DNA of 64,000 nucleotides from an uncultured Lachnospiraceae bacterium (GTDB lineage Bacteria; Bacillota; Clostridia; Lachnospirales; Lachnospiraceae): NCBI GenBank assembly GCA_947623805.1, contig CANQHZ010000004.1, positions 4,118 to 68,117 of the forward strand, read 5' to 3'. Shown piece by piece: positions 39,644 to 49,746 of this stretch (position 1 is its first letter; each line of letters starts with the position of its first letter). The notes under the pieces were generated by a model. It saw only the letters and a program-made list of their open reading frames with translations, ran no database searches and was not told where the DNA came from. The position numbers and the translations under genes were made by a program.

Positions 39644-40224
39644 TACCATGGATTTTGATTATTGTCGGGGCAATTTTTACAATTATTGGCGTAATTGGTT
39701 TGTTCCGCCTTTACATAATACTTCCTATTAGTGAAAAAGATAGAATTGTATTTAAGCGGGATAGGGATTTTATTTTTGCAAGATTAGATTCGAGAATACA
39801 AAATGTCGTTGATGACGAGGAAAGACAATTAAAAAGCGCATTTATAATTTTTTGTTTTATAGGAATAGTAATGTTTGCAGCAGGAATTTATCTTGGCTAT
39901 GCTGCAGAAGGTGAAGGATTTTGGTTTTATAAAAAATTTTATCCAGAGGCAGCAGCTAATCAGGTGTGGGATGAGCTTAATGAACAGGGGCAGTTTGTTG
40001 CGGAAGATGGCAAGGCATATACATATTACATACTTGTGTCAGGAAATAAAATAAGCTTATCTGGAGAAGAATGTCAGGACTATTCCGATTTAAAAGAGAG
40101 ACTATCAAAAATTAATAGAGAAAATACCGTAATTATAATAGACAGCTTTGCAGTTGCATCAACATATAAGTCTGTAAGAGATTGTTTAAATGAACTTGGA
40201 ATAGAATATGAGGAAACAAGATGA
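39640..40224 (+). CDS. Membrane protein with ExbD-like C-terminal domain
   Basis: Two TMs; IIDSFAVASTYKSVRDCLNELGI. Confidence 0.6.
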   Translation: MIPWILIIVGAIFTIIGVIGLFRLYIILPISEKDRIVFKRDRDFIFARLDSRIQNVVDDEERQLKSAFIIFCFIGIVMFAAGIYLGYAAEGEGFWFYKKFYPEAAANQVWDELNEQGQFVAEDGKAYTYYILVSGNKISLSGEECQDYSDLKERLSKINRENTVIIIDSFAVASTYKSVRDCLNELGIEYEETR

Positions 40225-40706
40225 AGAAAAAATATACAATATTATTATTTGTGATTTTTTCTCTTATGCTCTTGGTAGGCTGGGGAAAGAAGAACGTGGA
40301 ATTATTAAATGATAAAAAGCTTATCGATTTGGATGCAGCTATTGGAATATGTATCCCAGGAGCAGATGCGGCACAAGCATCTGATAATATTGTAAATCAA
40401 AGCGATATAGAAAAAGAAGAACACAATGGGGAAGATGCGACAGCAGAAATAGCGCTTGACGATAAAGAGAGTATTGATGAAGAAAGACAAGTGCGGGTAA
40501 TCAACATACGCGATAGAAAGATAGTATACGAAACCGTAGAATATACAGATATAGACAAACTCAAAAATAAGATTAAACAGGATAACGGGAAAAATGTGAC
40601 ATTTAAACTGGTTGACGATTTTGCCGAAGCGCACATATATAAAGAAGTTATGTCTATGCTGTCAGAACTTGAACAGGAAATTGGGCTTAAATATTCAAAT
40701 GATTAG
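40221..40706 (+). CDS. Exported protein with ExbD-like C-terminal domain, paralog of the previous gene
   Basis: LVDDFAEAHIYKEVMSMLSEL aligns with the previous ORF; signal peptide ends LLVGW. Confidence 0.6.
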   Translation: MKKKYTILLFVIFSLMLLVGWGKKNVELLNDKKLIDLDAAIGICIPGADAAQASDNIVNQSDIEKEEHNGEDATAEIALDDKESIDEERQVRVINIRDRKIVYETVEYTDIDKLKNKIKQDNGKNVTFKLVDDFAEAHIYKEVMSMLSELEQEIGLKYSND

Positions 40707-40718
40707 GGGGGCAATTTT

Positions 40719-41693
40719 ATGAAAAGAAGGAAACTAATGGCTGTTATATTAGCTTTATGCGCCTGCCTTGCTTTATGCGGAGCAGGCTTGTTTAACAGTG
40801 CAAAAGTTGTAATTGATATGGAGAATAATCCTTTATATAAATACTGTACAGCTGATACGCTTATTTCTGCCTTTGTAAAAGACAGTAAGGCGGCAAAAGA
40901 GGAATACAAAGATGCATTGGTTCTTTTGTCAGGAAAAATAAAGAGCATTGGCAAAAATGGCAAAAACATAATACTCACGGGGGCGACGCGTACAGATTTA
41001 GAAATTGATTGTTCATATGATAAGAAACTTAGGGAAACGGCACTGGCTTATAAAGCTGGAGAAAGCGTTGCCTTATACGGAAAAATTGATATTGATGCGA
41101 TTGACAAGGATATTCACCTTAAAACTGAGAAAATTATAGAAGTTCCTGCTTCAATAACATCAGATGATATATATTACTTATTGGACGGGGCTTCGTTTGA
41201 CAAAGCAGATTCTGAAAAAGTCACTTTGAATAATGGCAGCGTGGAGTTTTTAATCCCTTCTTATTGGAAAAATGAAGATATTAAGCACGATATTCTCGCC
41301 GATAAACTTGGTACGTTGGAAGGTTATCAGTTTGTACTTAATAAATTGAGTTCAGGTGATTCCGTGCCAGAGTCTTTTTTCGTTGCATATTTTGATAATA
41401 AAGAGCAGCTTTCCGATTACTTGAATGATTCAAATGAAACTAAACTGATTGAAAAGGCTATTGTTGAAAATATATTAGGAAGTGTCGGCAGCTTTCCGAC
41501 AAAAACAGTGGGAGAATATGCTTATTATACAGGAGCTTATAAAACAGCATTTGATACAGGAACAGGTTATCACACAGAATTTGTATTTCGGGCAGACGGC
41601 GAAGACGGTATTGTTGTGATGCTGTATGTTTATAAAGAGACAAAGCATTTATCTGATGTATTGTTTGTTTCACACTTTCTGGAAGTAAAGTAG
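40719..41693 (+). CDS. Exported OB-fold (tRNA_anti-like) protein
   Basis: Signal peptide; TADTLISAF...AAKEEYKD...LSGKIKSI. Confidence 0.65.
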   Translation: MKRRKLMAVILALCACLALCGAGLFNSAKVVIDMENNPLYKYCTADTLISAFVKDSKAAKEEYKDALVLLSGKIKSIGKNGKNIILTGATRTDLEIDCSYDKKLRETALAYKAGESVALYGKIDIDAIDKDIHLKTEKIIEVPASITSDDIYYLLDGASFDKADSEKVTLNNGSVEFLIPSYWKNEDIKHDILADKLGTLEGYQFVLNKLSSGDSVPESFFVAYFDNKEQLSDYLNDSNETKLIEKAIVENILGSVGSFPTKTVGEYAYYTGAYKTAFDTGTGYHTEFVFRADGEDGIVVMLYVYKETKHLSDVLFVSHFLEVK

Positions 41694-41773
41694 ATTATAA
41701 AACATAATTTAACAAAAGTTTTTGCTACACATTCAATTTCCCTAAGCAAAGATACAGAAAGGCGACAGTAAAA

Positions 41774-44344
41774 ATGACTAAGATTAAGATTATAAGCAAT
41801 CCATACAAAAGAGAAATATCCTATTTTATTTTTAAGGACAGCACTCAAACGTGGGAGGATATCAAACAGGATAGTATAAACAGCAGACTACGTGAGAATG
41901 ATAATGAAAAAATTTTTCTCCCGTTTAAAATAAAAGAGATAATTGACACTATTATATCTGAATATTATGTGGGAACAGACAAGATTGAAATAATATTTGA
42001 GGGAGCTAACGACGAATACGAAGAAATAGAAAAAATCTGTGGAGAAGATGACGTAAAGGATAAGGTAGCGCTTTCAAAAAACCATCGTGTTCTTGAAAAT
42101 GCAAGGGATATTTTAGATAGTACAAAAGAAATATTTGGCATGGTTTATCCTTTGATTAAAAATATAATAAAAGATACAGATCAGAGAATTACCAAGGGAT
42201 TAGAAAAAGTTTCAGACGCGCTTAATGACATTATACCTATCTGCATTTTTGGAAATTATAGCGCAGGAAAATCAACATTTATAAATGCATTGATAGGTCA
42301 TGAAATTTTGCCGAGCGGAGGAGATCCTGTTACGGCAAAAATATATGAAATTAAACGTTCGCAGCAGGAAGACAGGGCAAAGATAAAATTTAGTTATTTA
42401 GATGAAGATTTTGAGCTGTTTTTTGACAATAAAGAGTGCCGCGTGAATTTGGGAAATAAGGAAAAAGACATTGTTAAAGAAATATTAGAGACAATAAAAA
42501 GTGATGAGGTATGTGACTTATTCAGCATGGTTAATGCGACAATAAATATTATAAATGGATTTGAAAAAAGGGATAAATCAACGACACTCATAGACAGTGT
42601 TATCAAAATTGAGATTCCTTTTAGCAAAAATGGAATTTTAGGACAATCCCGCAATGAGTTCGTAATTTTTGACACGCCTGGTTCTAATTCAGCATCAAAT
42701 GTGGATCATGCGCACGTGCTTACAGAAGCGCTGGAGGGATTTTCAAATGGTATTCCTGTATGGGTATCTCAGTATGATTCGATAGATAGCGTGGATAACG
42801 CGACTTTATGTGAGAAGCTATATCAAATAGATGCCTTGGATAAGCGATTCACAATGATTGTGATTAATAAGGCGGATTCTGTTGAACTTCCCAAATCAGG
42901 TCTTTCAAGTGAAGATATTAGTGGAATTATGGAATATGAATCTGTTGAAAAGATGTACTCCAGCGGTATCTATTTTGTTTCATCAGTTATGGGATTAGGC
43001 GCTAAAAATGAAGATGGTTTTATAAGCGAATATTTGGCAGATGTATTTGACGAAAAGAAAAGAAAATTTTCTGATCCAACAGCAAGATCATATAAGAAAC
43101 TATATGAGTATAATATTATGCCCGCACAGATTAAGAAAAAGGCGGTTGACTACTCACAAAACTGCAGCAACCTTATATATGCGAACAGCGGAATTTTTTG
43201 CGTTGAAATGGAGATGGAGCAATTTGCGAGCCGACATTCAGCATATAACAAGTGTCAAATGGTTTATAAGTTTCTTAATGAAGTTATTGACGAAACACAG
43301 CGCCGCATTTCGGAAAAGACTGTTGTCCTTGAAAAGAAGATGAAAGAATGGGAGACTGAGCTTGACAGCAAAAAGCTTAACCTTATAAATAGCATACGGA
43401 AAAAGACAACAGAATCGGTAAAAAATTACAGCAAGGAATCTAAAGCATATGTCCAAAACTTTACGAAGGAAGAATTAAATTACAGCTCTACTGAGAAAGA
43501 ACTTGAATCAGCGGATAGGGAAATTACGGAGCAGGAATCCCAAGATGTAAATTTTTCGCTCTATAAAAATGAATTTGAAGGAGCGAGAAGTAGCAGATGG
43601 AGCAATTTTATGGGAAATAGTCAAAAATTGCTTAAAGGGAATTTTGTTGAATCGTTTAAAAGCCTTGCCGCAGACTGGTTAAGCGATACACAGGAGCTGC
43701 AGCAGCGTAAGGGTGATATGGATTCAACAAAACAGGATATTGATAGGGCAACATCTGATAAACTTATGAATATTGTTGTAGATAGGTACAAGAGAAATAT
43801 TTTAGAGGCACAGGACAAGCTTGGAGTAGCGTGCAAGGAACGCTGGCAGTATAATGCACAGAAGTACAAAAATGATATGGTATGCTTGATTACAGGTAGT
43901 GAGGAATTATCTTTGCAGCAAAGGCAGGAGCTTTCGGATATCCTATTAAACTTTAAGCCTTTACAGTTTGACGATGATGCCGAAAAAGTGTTCATCAAAA
44001 CCAAATTCCTTAGAGGAAATGTTTTGGGTATCAGGCTTGGAAGTTCAGAAAAACTTGATATTAAAAGACTAACATATATCTATAACATAAAAATTAAGCA
44101 AAGTGTAAAGGAGCTTTCAGCGCGTTTAAATAACAGCTGCGAGTCAAGCTTTAAGACATGGCAGACAAATCTGCAGGCTGTTATTGAGGAAAATATAACA
44201 AAATATAATCCAGAGCTTCGTGAGATTACAGAATTTATCAAAGATGAATCTGAAAGGATTCAGGAACTCCAGAATAATCAGCAGACAATTTCCGAATCAT
44301 TCAAAACTATTGAGGAGCTGATGGCTTGGCAGGAACAGGAATAG
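41774..44344 (+). CDS. Dynamin-like GTPase
   Basis: G1 GNYSAGKS, G2 PVT, G3 DTPG, G4 NKAD; long helical C-terminus. Confidence 0.88.
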   Translation: MTKIKIISNPYKREISYFIFKDSTQTWEDIKQDSINSRLRENDNEKIFLPFKIKEIIDTIISEYYVGTDKIEIIFEGANDEYEEIEKICGEDDVKDKVALSKNHRVLENARDILDSTKEIFGMVYPLIKNIIKDTDQRITKGLEKVSDALNDIIPICIFGNYSAGKSTFINALIGHEILPSGGDPVTAKIYEIKRSQQEDRAKIKFSYLDEDFELFFDNKECRVNLGNKEKDIVKEILETIKSDEVCDLFSMVNATINIINGFEKRDKSTTLIDSVIKIEIPFSKNGILGQSRNEFVIFDTPGSNSASNVDHAHVLTEALEGFSNGIPVWVSQYDSIDSVDNATLCEKLYQIDALDKRFTMIVINKADSVELPKSGLSSEDISGIMEYESVEKMYSSGIYFVSSVMGLGAKNEDGFISEYLADVFDEKKRKFSDPTARSYKKLYEYNIMPAQIKKKAVDYSQNCSNLIYANSGIFCVEMEMEQFASRHSAYNKCQMVYKFLNEVIDETQRRISEKTVVLEKKMKEWETELDSKKLNLINSIRKKTTESVKNYSKESKAYVQNFTKEELNYSSTEKELESADREITEQESQDVNFSLYKNEFEGARSSRWSNFMGNSQKLLKGNFVESFKSLAADWLSDTQELQQRKGDMDSTKQDIDRATSDKLMNIVVDRYKRNILEAQDKLGVACKERWQYNAQKYKNDMVCLITGSEELSLQQRQELSDILLNFKPLQFDDDAEKVFIKTKFLRGNVLGIRLGSSEKLDIKRLTYIYNIKIKQSVKELSARLNNSCESSFKTWQTNLQAVIEENITKYNPELREITEFIKDESERIQELQNNQQTISESFKTIEELMAWQEQE

Positions 44345-44356
44345 GGGGAAGCTTTT

Positions 44357-47300
44357 ATGGGTGTAAAAAATGTTGTCAGGCGGATTGGAAACAAGGCTGG
44401 GAATCGTGTAGCAAAACTTGCCGAGTTAAGCACAGATCAGGTTGAAAAAATACAGCTTCAAAGAGAGCGGTATCTTCTTGAAGAACCAAAGCCTGACGAC
44501 GAGGCGGCAGTTCAGACAACCGAGCGGTTTATGGCGGCAAGCAGCATAGAGATTTTTAATGCGTATCTGCCACAGATTAAAGAGCTTTATTTGCCGCTGG
44601 AAAAGAACGCAGAGTATGATGCGGCGTTTGATGCGCTTCATAATATTCGGTATTTTAATATTACAAAATGGGTGACAGATAAGAAAGAGAATAATCTGGA
44701 AAAGCTTGTTAATGTTTATGCTGTCCTTTCAAATGAGGACTGTAATATCGCTCTGGTATTTAACCGTACAAAAAATGCAACAAATGTATATCTGGCTGTT
44801 GTGAACACGCAAAATGATGACAGCAGCGTTAATGCTGAGATATACAAAGCGCGTCTTATAGATGCCATTCGCGGAAATTTTCCTGGAGCTGAGTGGCAGG
44901 GAGAAGGCGCAGGAATAATACCTTGTATGGATAATGATAAGACGTATTCTGTTGCGGCTGCATCTAATATACCGACAGAGAAGTCTGAAAAATTTATCAG
45001 CCAGACTATTGAAAAGCTGCTTGACGGAGTAGTTCCTGATTCAAAGAAAAAAGAATATACTATAGTGCTGCTTGCTACCCCCATTCGAGATGTAGAGGAG
45101 CGCAAAATCAAGCTGGGAGAGTTTTATTCTGGATTGGCGCCATATGCATCATGGCAGACAGACTATCATATTACAGATAATCAAATGGTTGGTTCATCTG
45201 CAGTGATGGGAATTAATGTCGGGGCAAGCGCAGGCATTCAAAATAATCAAAATTATTCTAAAACAGACACTGACAGTACAACGGACAATTCTTCTATAAC
45301 AAATACAGAAAACGAGAGCAATACTACAACAGATGGGATATCTGATGCGGAATCGGAAAGCAATGCGCACGCAGACGGTACAAGCAGTACAGACACTACT
45401 ACGAGCGGGGAAAGCGAGGGTACAGGCAGCAGTACTACCAATACAAATTCCAGGACAGATACGGTCGGGAGTTCAGATACAATAAATGTAGAAGCAAATG
45501 CAGGAGCAGATGTAGGGTTAATTAATGCAGGAGCAAGCGCAGGGTATTCTCATGGAGGCAATACAAGCGTTGCCGATGGTACAAGCATTGCAGAAGCAAC
45601 ATCAGCAAATAGGAGCTGGACAAGCAGTACAGCGCAGGCGCTTGGAAAGACGGCTACAGATACTCTTACGAAAGGGCTTACAAAAACCATATCAAATTCT
45701 GTATCAAAAGCCACAGGCACAGCGGTTGCAAACACTCTTGGAAAAGCCGTTACCAAAGCTATGGCTACGACATCAGGAATTGCTAAGGGGACAAATCTTG
45801 GGGCAAATTTTGGAGCAAATTTTTCACGTTCATCAACAGTTACAGCTATGATTGGAAAAAATGAGGGCATTTCGCAAAGCTTTACCAATTATAATATAAA
45901 GCATGCTCTTGAATTGCTGGAATCCCAAATGAAACGGCTGGAGCAGAGCACAGCGCTTGGAATGTGGGATTTTGCTGCATACGTACTCAGCGAGGATCAA
46001 AATGTCGCAAATAATGTGGCACATTCATATTTAGCCTTAACATTGGGAGAGGAATCATATATGTCTAAGTCCGCCATTAATCTTTGGCGCGGAAATGTTG
46101 AGGAAGAAAAAGACACAGCAAAGACTATAAGCTCTTATATACGTGAATTGCGCCATCCTGTATTTGGGTTAAATCCTGCAATTATAGATGCAGATAAAGA
46201 GTTTAATGAGTATCCGTCGCTTGTAACGGCGACAACAAGCTTGTCTGGTAAAGAACTGGCTTATTCGCTTAATTTTCCGCAAAAGTCTATAGCAGGGCTT
46301 CCAATATTGGAATGTGCAGAGTTTGCAAGAAATGTAATCACATATGATAAACCTAAAGATGATGAACGCAGAATAAATCTTGGAAATATTTTTCATATGA
46401 ATCATGTGGAATCAAATTCTGTTGAATTATCAATAGATTCGCTTGCCTCACATACCTTTGTGACTGGCAGCACAGGAGCGGGTAAGAGCAATACAATATA
46501 TCATATACTGAACAAAGCGCATGAAAAAAATGTAAAATTCCTCATTATTGAGCCAGCCAAGGGCGAGTATAAAAATGTATTTGGCAAAGATGAGGACACT
46601 TATGTTTATGGAACAAATCCTAATATAACTGCGCTGCTGAGAATAAATCCATTTAGTTTTCCAGATGGAATACATATTTTAGAGCATCTTGACAGACTTA
46701 TTGAAATTTTCAACGTATGCTGGCCTATGTATGCAGCAATGTCAGCAGTCTTAAAAAGTGCGGTAGAGAAAGCATATATGGATTGCGGGTGGGATTTAAT
46801 TGAGTCTGTAAACAGGTATGACAGGAATTTATATCCCTCATTTGCTGACGTGGCAAGAAATATTAAAACTATTATAGACAGCAGCGAATACGATAATGAA
46901 AATAAGGGGGCATATAAAGGCTCGCTTTTAACAAGGCTGCAGTCCTTGGCAAATGGGATTAATGGAATGATTTTTACATCGGATGAAATAGCAGATGCAG
47001 AATTATTTGACCGAAATGTGATTGTCGATTTGAGCAGGGTTGGCTCATCTGAAACAAAGTCACTTATTATGGGTATGCTTGTGCTTAAATTGCAGGAGCA
47101 CAGACTTGCAAATGCGAATGAAATTAATACAAAACTAAAACATATTACGGTGCTTGAGGAGGCTCATAATATTTTAAGAAGGACATCTATTGAACAGCAA
47201 AGCGAAAGCGCAAATATACTAGGCAAGAGTGTAGAAATGCTTGCCAATGCCATTGCGGAGATGCGTACATATGGGGAAGGATTTATTATAGCAGATCAGG

Positions 47301-48001
47301 CGCCAGGGCTTATGGATATGTCAGTTATTCGCAATACAAATACAAAGATAATCATGCGTCTGCCAGATCAAAGCGACCGTGAACTTGTTGGCAAGGCAGC
47401 AAATCTGAATGAGGATCAAATTACAGAGCTTGCAAAACTGCCGTGTGGCGTGGCTGCTGTATATCAGAACGAGTGGATTCAGCCCGTGCTTTGCAAGGTA
47501 GATAGATTTGATGCTGACTACAGCGTTTACCGATATATGCCTGAAAACAGCAAAAAGACTTATGGCAGCAAAGAAGAAGTTTCGGAATGTCTTTTAAAAA
47601 GTATTATGGATAAAGAACTGTTTCATAAAGGCGATAAAGAAGATTTAAGAGAGCTTAAAAGCCTTATTATACGTTCAAAGCTTAATGTTATGGTTAAAAT
47701 TGATTTCATTGATTATTTGGAGTCTGATGAGGACAGCGACCTTGAATCATTAAGTTGCCTGATGTATGATTTGCTGGAAGCGGATGAAGCAATAAAAGCG
47801 TCTGAAAAATATGATAATATTTATGAATGGGTAGATGCAGTTATCGAAAGGTTAAAACCTTCTATAAAAAAGTATTCAAAGAAACAGGTAGATTTGGCAA
47901 TGGCTTTGATATTATATGAAAAGGCGGACAGAGATACATTATATAACGATTTATTTTGCCGTTATACAGAAGTGTACAGAAAAGGAGGCGGCGTATTTTG
48001 A
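44357..48001 (+). CDS. HerA/FtsK-superfamily (DUF87-like) ATPase with a long Ser/Thr/Gly-rich insert
   Basis: FVTGSTGAGKS, VLEEAH, EMRTYG, ADQ, RNT. Confidence 0.85.
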   Translation: MGVKNVVRRIGNKAGNRVAKLAELSTDQVEKIQLQRERYLLEEPKPDDEAAVQTTERFMAASSIEIFNAYLPQIKELYLPLEKNAEYDAAFDALHNIRYFNITKWVTDKKENNLEKLVNVYAVLSNEDCNIALVFNRTKNATNVYLAVVNTQNDDSSVNAEIYKARLIDAIRGNFPGAEWQGEGAGIIPCMDNDKTYSVAAASNIPTEKSEKFISQTIEKLLDGVVPDSKKKEYTIVLLATPIRDVEERKIKLGEFYSGLAPYASWQTDYHITDNQMVGSSAVMGINVGASAGIQNNQNYSKTDTDSTTDNSSITNTENESNTTTDGISDAESESNAHADGTSSTDTTTSGESEGTGSSTTNTNSRTDTVGSSDTINVEANAGADVGLINAGASAGYSHGGNTSVADGTSIAEATSANRSWTSSTAQALGKTATDTLTKGLTKTISNSVSKATGTAVANTLGKAVTKAMATTSGIAKGTNLGANFGANFSRSSTVTAMIGKNEGISQSFTNYNIKHALELLESQMKRLEQSTALGMWDFAAYVLSEDQNVANNVAHSYLALTLGEESYMSKSAINLWRGNVEEEKDTAKTISSYIRELRHPVFGLNPAIIDADKEFNEYPSLVTATTSLSGKELAYSLNFPQKSIAGLPILECAEFARNVITYDKPKDDERRINLGNIFHMNHVESNSVELSIDSLASHTFVTGSTGAGKSNTIYHILNKAHEKNVKFLIIEPAKGEYKNVFGKDEDTYVYGTNPNITALLRINPFSFPDGIHILEHLDRLIEIFNVCWPMYAAMSAVLKSAVEKAYMDCGWDLIESVNRYDRNLYPSFADVARNIKTIIDSSEYDNENKGAYKGSLLTRLQSLANGINGMIFTSDEIADAELFDRNVIVDLSRVGSSETKSLIMGMLVLKLQEHRLANANEINTKLKHITVLEEAHNILRRTSIEQQSESANILGKSVEMLANAIAEMRTYGEGFIIADQAPGLMDMSVIRNTNTKIIMRLPDQSDRELVGKAANLNEDQITELAKLPCGVAAVYQNEWIQPVLCKVDRFDADYSVYRYMPENSKKTYGSKEEVSECLLKSIMDKELFHKGDKEDLRELKSLIIRSKLNVMVKIDFIDYLESDEDSDLESLSCLMYDLLEADEAIKASEKYDNIYEWVDAVIERLKPSIKKYSKKQVDLAMALILYEKADRDTLYNDLFCRYTEVYRKGGGVF

Positions 48002-48675
48002 TTAATGAGGTATCAGGAAAATTCTTAAATGAAACCAAGGAATCGCAAGAAATAAAAGATTCCAATACTGAAAACTTTAAAAAGATTAAGCCAGAAGAAG
48101 GAACAACATTAAAAGATGCTAAAGCTTTTTTGAAAAATGAGTATGCTAAAGGAGGAGATATAACAGGAAACTCGGAAAAGCCAGCTGAAAAAATTTATTA
48201 TGATGATAATGGCGAAAAATATCGAGAAGGAGATAATTTAGAGCCTAACAAGATATTTGAAGTAAATGGATATAAGTATGAAACTGATGATAAAGGTCGT
48301 ACAATATCGGTAGAGGGAAAGCTGAAAATTAGGGACTCTGAATATAAAAGAAATATGGATAGTATGGATGCTGTTGGAAAAGGCGATCAGAAGGAAAGTG
48401 ACGATAGAGGACATTTGATAGGCTATCAATTTGAAGGCAGTGGAGGCATAGAGAATCTTGTTCCAATGAATTTAAAATTAAACCGCGGTGATTATGAAAG
48501 TATGGAAAATAAGCTTGCCAAAGCTGTAGAGGCTGGCAGTGATGTACGTTTAAAGGTTGAACCAGTCTATGATAGCGACTCTCACCGCCCGACAGAACTT
48601 AGAGCATCATATAGCATTGATGGCGAAAAAACGGTTGTTGTATTTAAAAATGAGAGTATGGAGGCAAAAGTATGA
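47998..48675 (+). CDS. DNA/RNA non-specific endonuclease toxin (Endonuclease_NS_2; EsaD/YeeF-like toxic domain)
   Basis: YETDDKGR, DDRGHLIG..F.GSG..ENLVPM...LNRG.Y...E. Start TTG 47998 with SD AAGGAGG overlaps the ATPase stop. Confidence 0.88.
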   Translation: MINEVSGKFLNETKESQEIKDSNTENFKKIKPEEGTTLKDAKAFLKNEYAKGGDITGNSEKPAEKIYYDDNGEKYREGDNLEPNKIFEVNGYKYETDDKGRTISVEGKLKIRDSEYKRNMDSMDAVGKGDQKESDDRGHLIGYQFEGSGGIENLVPMNLKLNRGDYESMENKLAKAVEAGSDVRLKVEPVYDSDSHRPTELRASYSIDGEKTVVVFKNESMEAKV

Positions 48676-49040
48676 ACGAAAATATATTTCAGGAAATATA
48701 TGATGAATTGGAAAAATATTTAAGTAATGCCTGGGAAAAGCTGATTGTTTATTTGGAGTACGGAAAGGCATCTTATTCATTTTCATTTTTTGTAAAAGAA
48801 GGTGAAAGGTATATCAAATGCTTTGATTTGCCGAATATTGATGAAGAAGCTCTTATGCAATCTTTTAGAAAAATTGATAAGGCAGTTTCTAAAGAACGGG
48901 ATTCGGTAAAAGAGCCTTGGTCCAATATGACAATGATTGTTGGGAATGATGGTTCTATGCACACGGATTTTGATTATACAGACTTGTCACAAGAAGGCTA
49001 TCGCTATAATAAAGAGTGGAAATTAAAATATTTAAAGTGA
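48672..49040 (+). CDS. Immunity protein (DUF600; YezG/EsaG-like)
   Basis: 4-bp overlap with the nuclease; W..L..Y.E...EPWSNMTM......G....FDY. Confidence 0.75.
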   Translation: MNENIFQEIYDELEKYLSNAWEKLIVYLEYGKASYSFSFFVKEGERYIKCFDLPNIDEEALMQSFRKIDKAVSKERDSVKEPWSNMTMIVGNDGSMHTDFDYTDLSQEGYRYNKEWKLKYLK

Positions 49041-49053
49041 CGGAGATAAACAA

Positions 49054-49746
49054 ATGCTGAGTTTTCACGAAATCCATTCAGTTGAAGATGTAAGGGAAAC
49101 ATTTTCTATAGATGCGTATAAAAATATAAAGCCAGTGGAAAATCTATCCAAGGAAGAGGCTATTAACTTTTGGAAAAGTGAATTTAAGCAGAATCGAGAA
49201 ATCCAAGAAGAAAATATTTTTGATGATTTGCTCTCAGAAACATTTAACCGTTCAGAAGATGAAATGGATTTTGAATTTGAATTTGATGATAAAATTCTCA
49301 TTTCATTGAATGAATTTAAAACTCTTGAATGGTCAAAAATCAGTGAAAAAGATAAAATTCAGATAATGAAAAATTTAGTTGATTCTGTTGGAAATGGGCT
49401 GGGATTAAAAAATATACCTAAGATAAATATTTGTGAAGATGTAGAAAATTCACAGGGAGGCTATAATCCACTGACTAATATAATCAGCATTAACAGGCTT
49501 TATTGTGATAATCCTATTGAGCTTGTAGATACACTGACACATGAATTGCGTCATGCATACCAAAATGAGAGGGCAGAAATACTTGAAACATGGCAGGATG
49601 CCATATATAAATTTAATTTTGACAATTATATAACGCCCATTCCATTACCCAAGGGTGGGTATTTATGCTTTATGGATTACTATAATCAATATGTAGAAGT
49701 TGAGGCGAGGGCATTTGCAAATTTGTTTACGGAGGCTATGAGATGA
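49054..49746 (+). CDS. Zincin-like metallopeptidase, putative effector
   Basis: THELRHAYQ (HExxH) with distal EVEARAF. Confidence 0.75.
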   Translation: MLSFHEIHSVEDVRETFSIDAYKNIKPVENLSKEEAINFWKSEFKQNREIQEENIFDDLLSETFNRSEDEMDFEFEFDDKILISLNEFKTLEWSKISEKDKIQIMKNLVDSVGNGLGLKNIPKINICEDVENSQGGYNPLTNIISINRLYCDNPIELVDTLTHELRHAYQNERAEILETWQDAIYKFNFDNYITPIPLPKGGYLCFMDYYNQYVEVEARAFANLFTEAMR

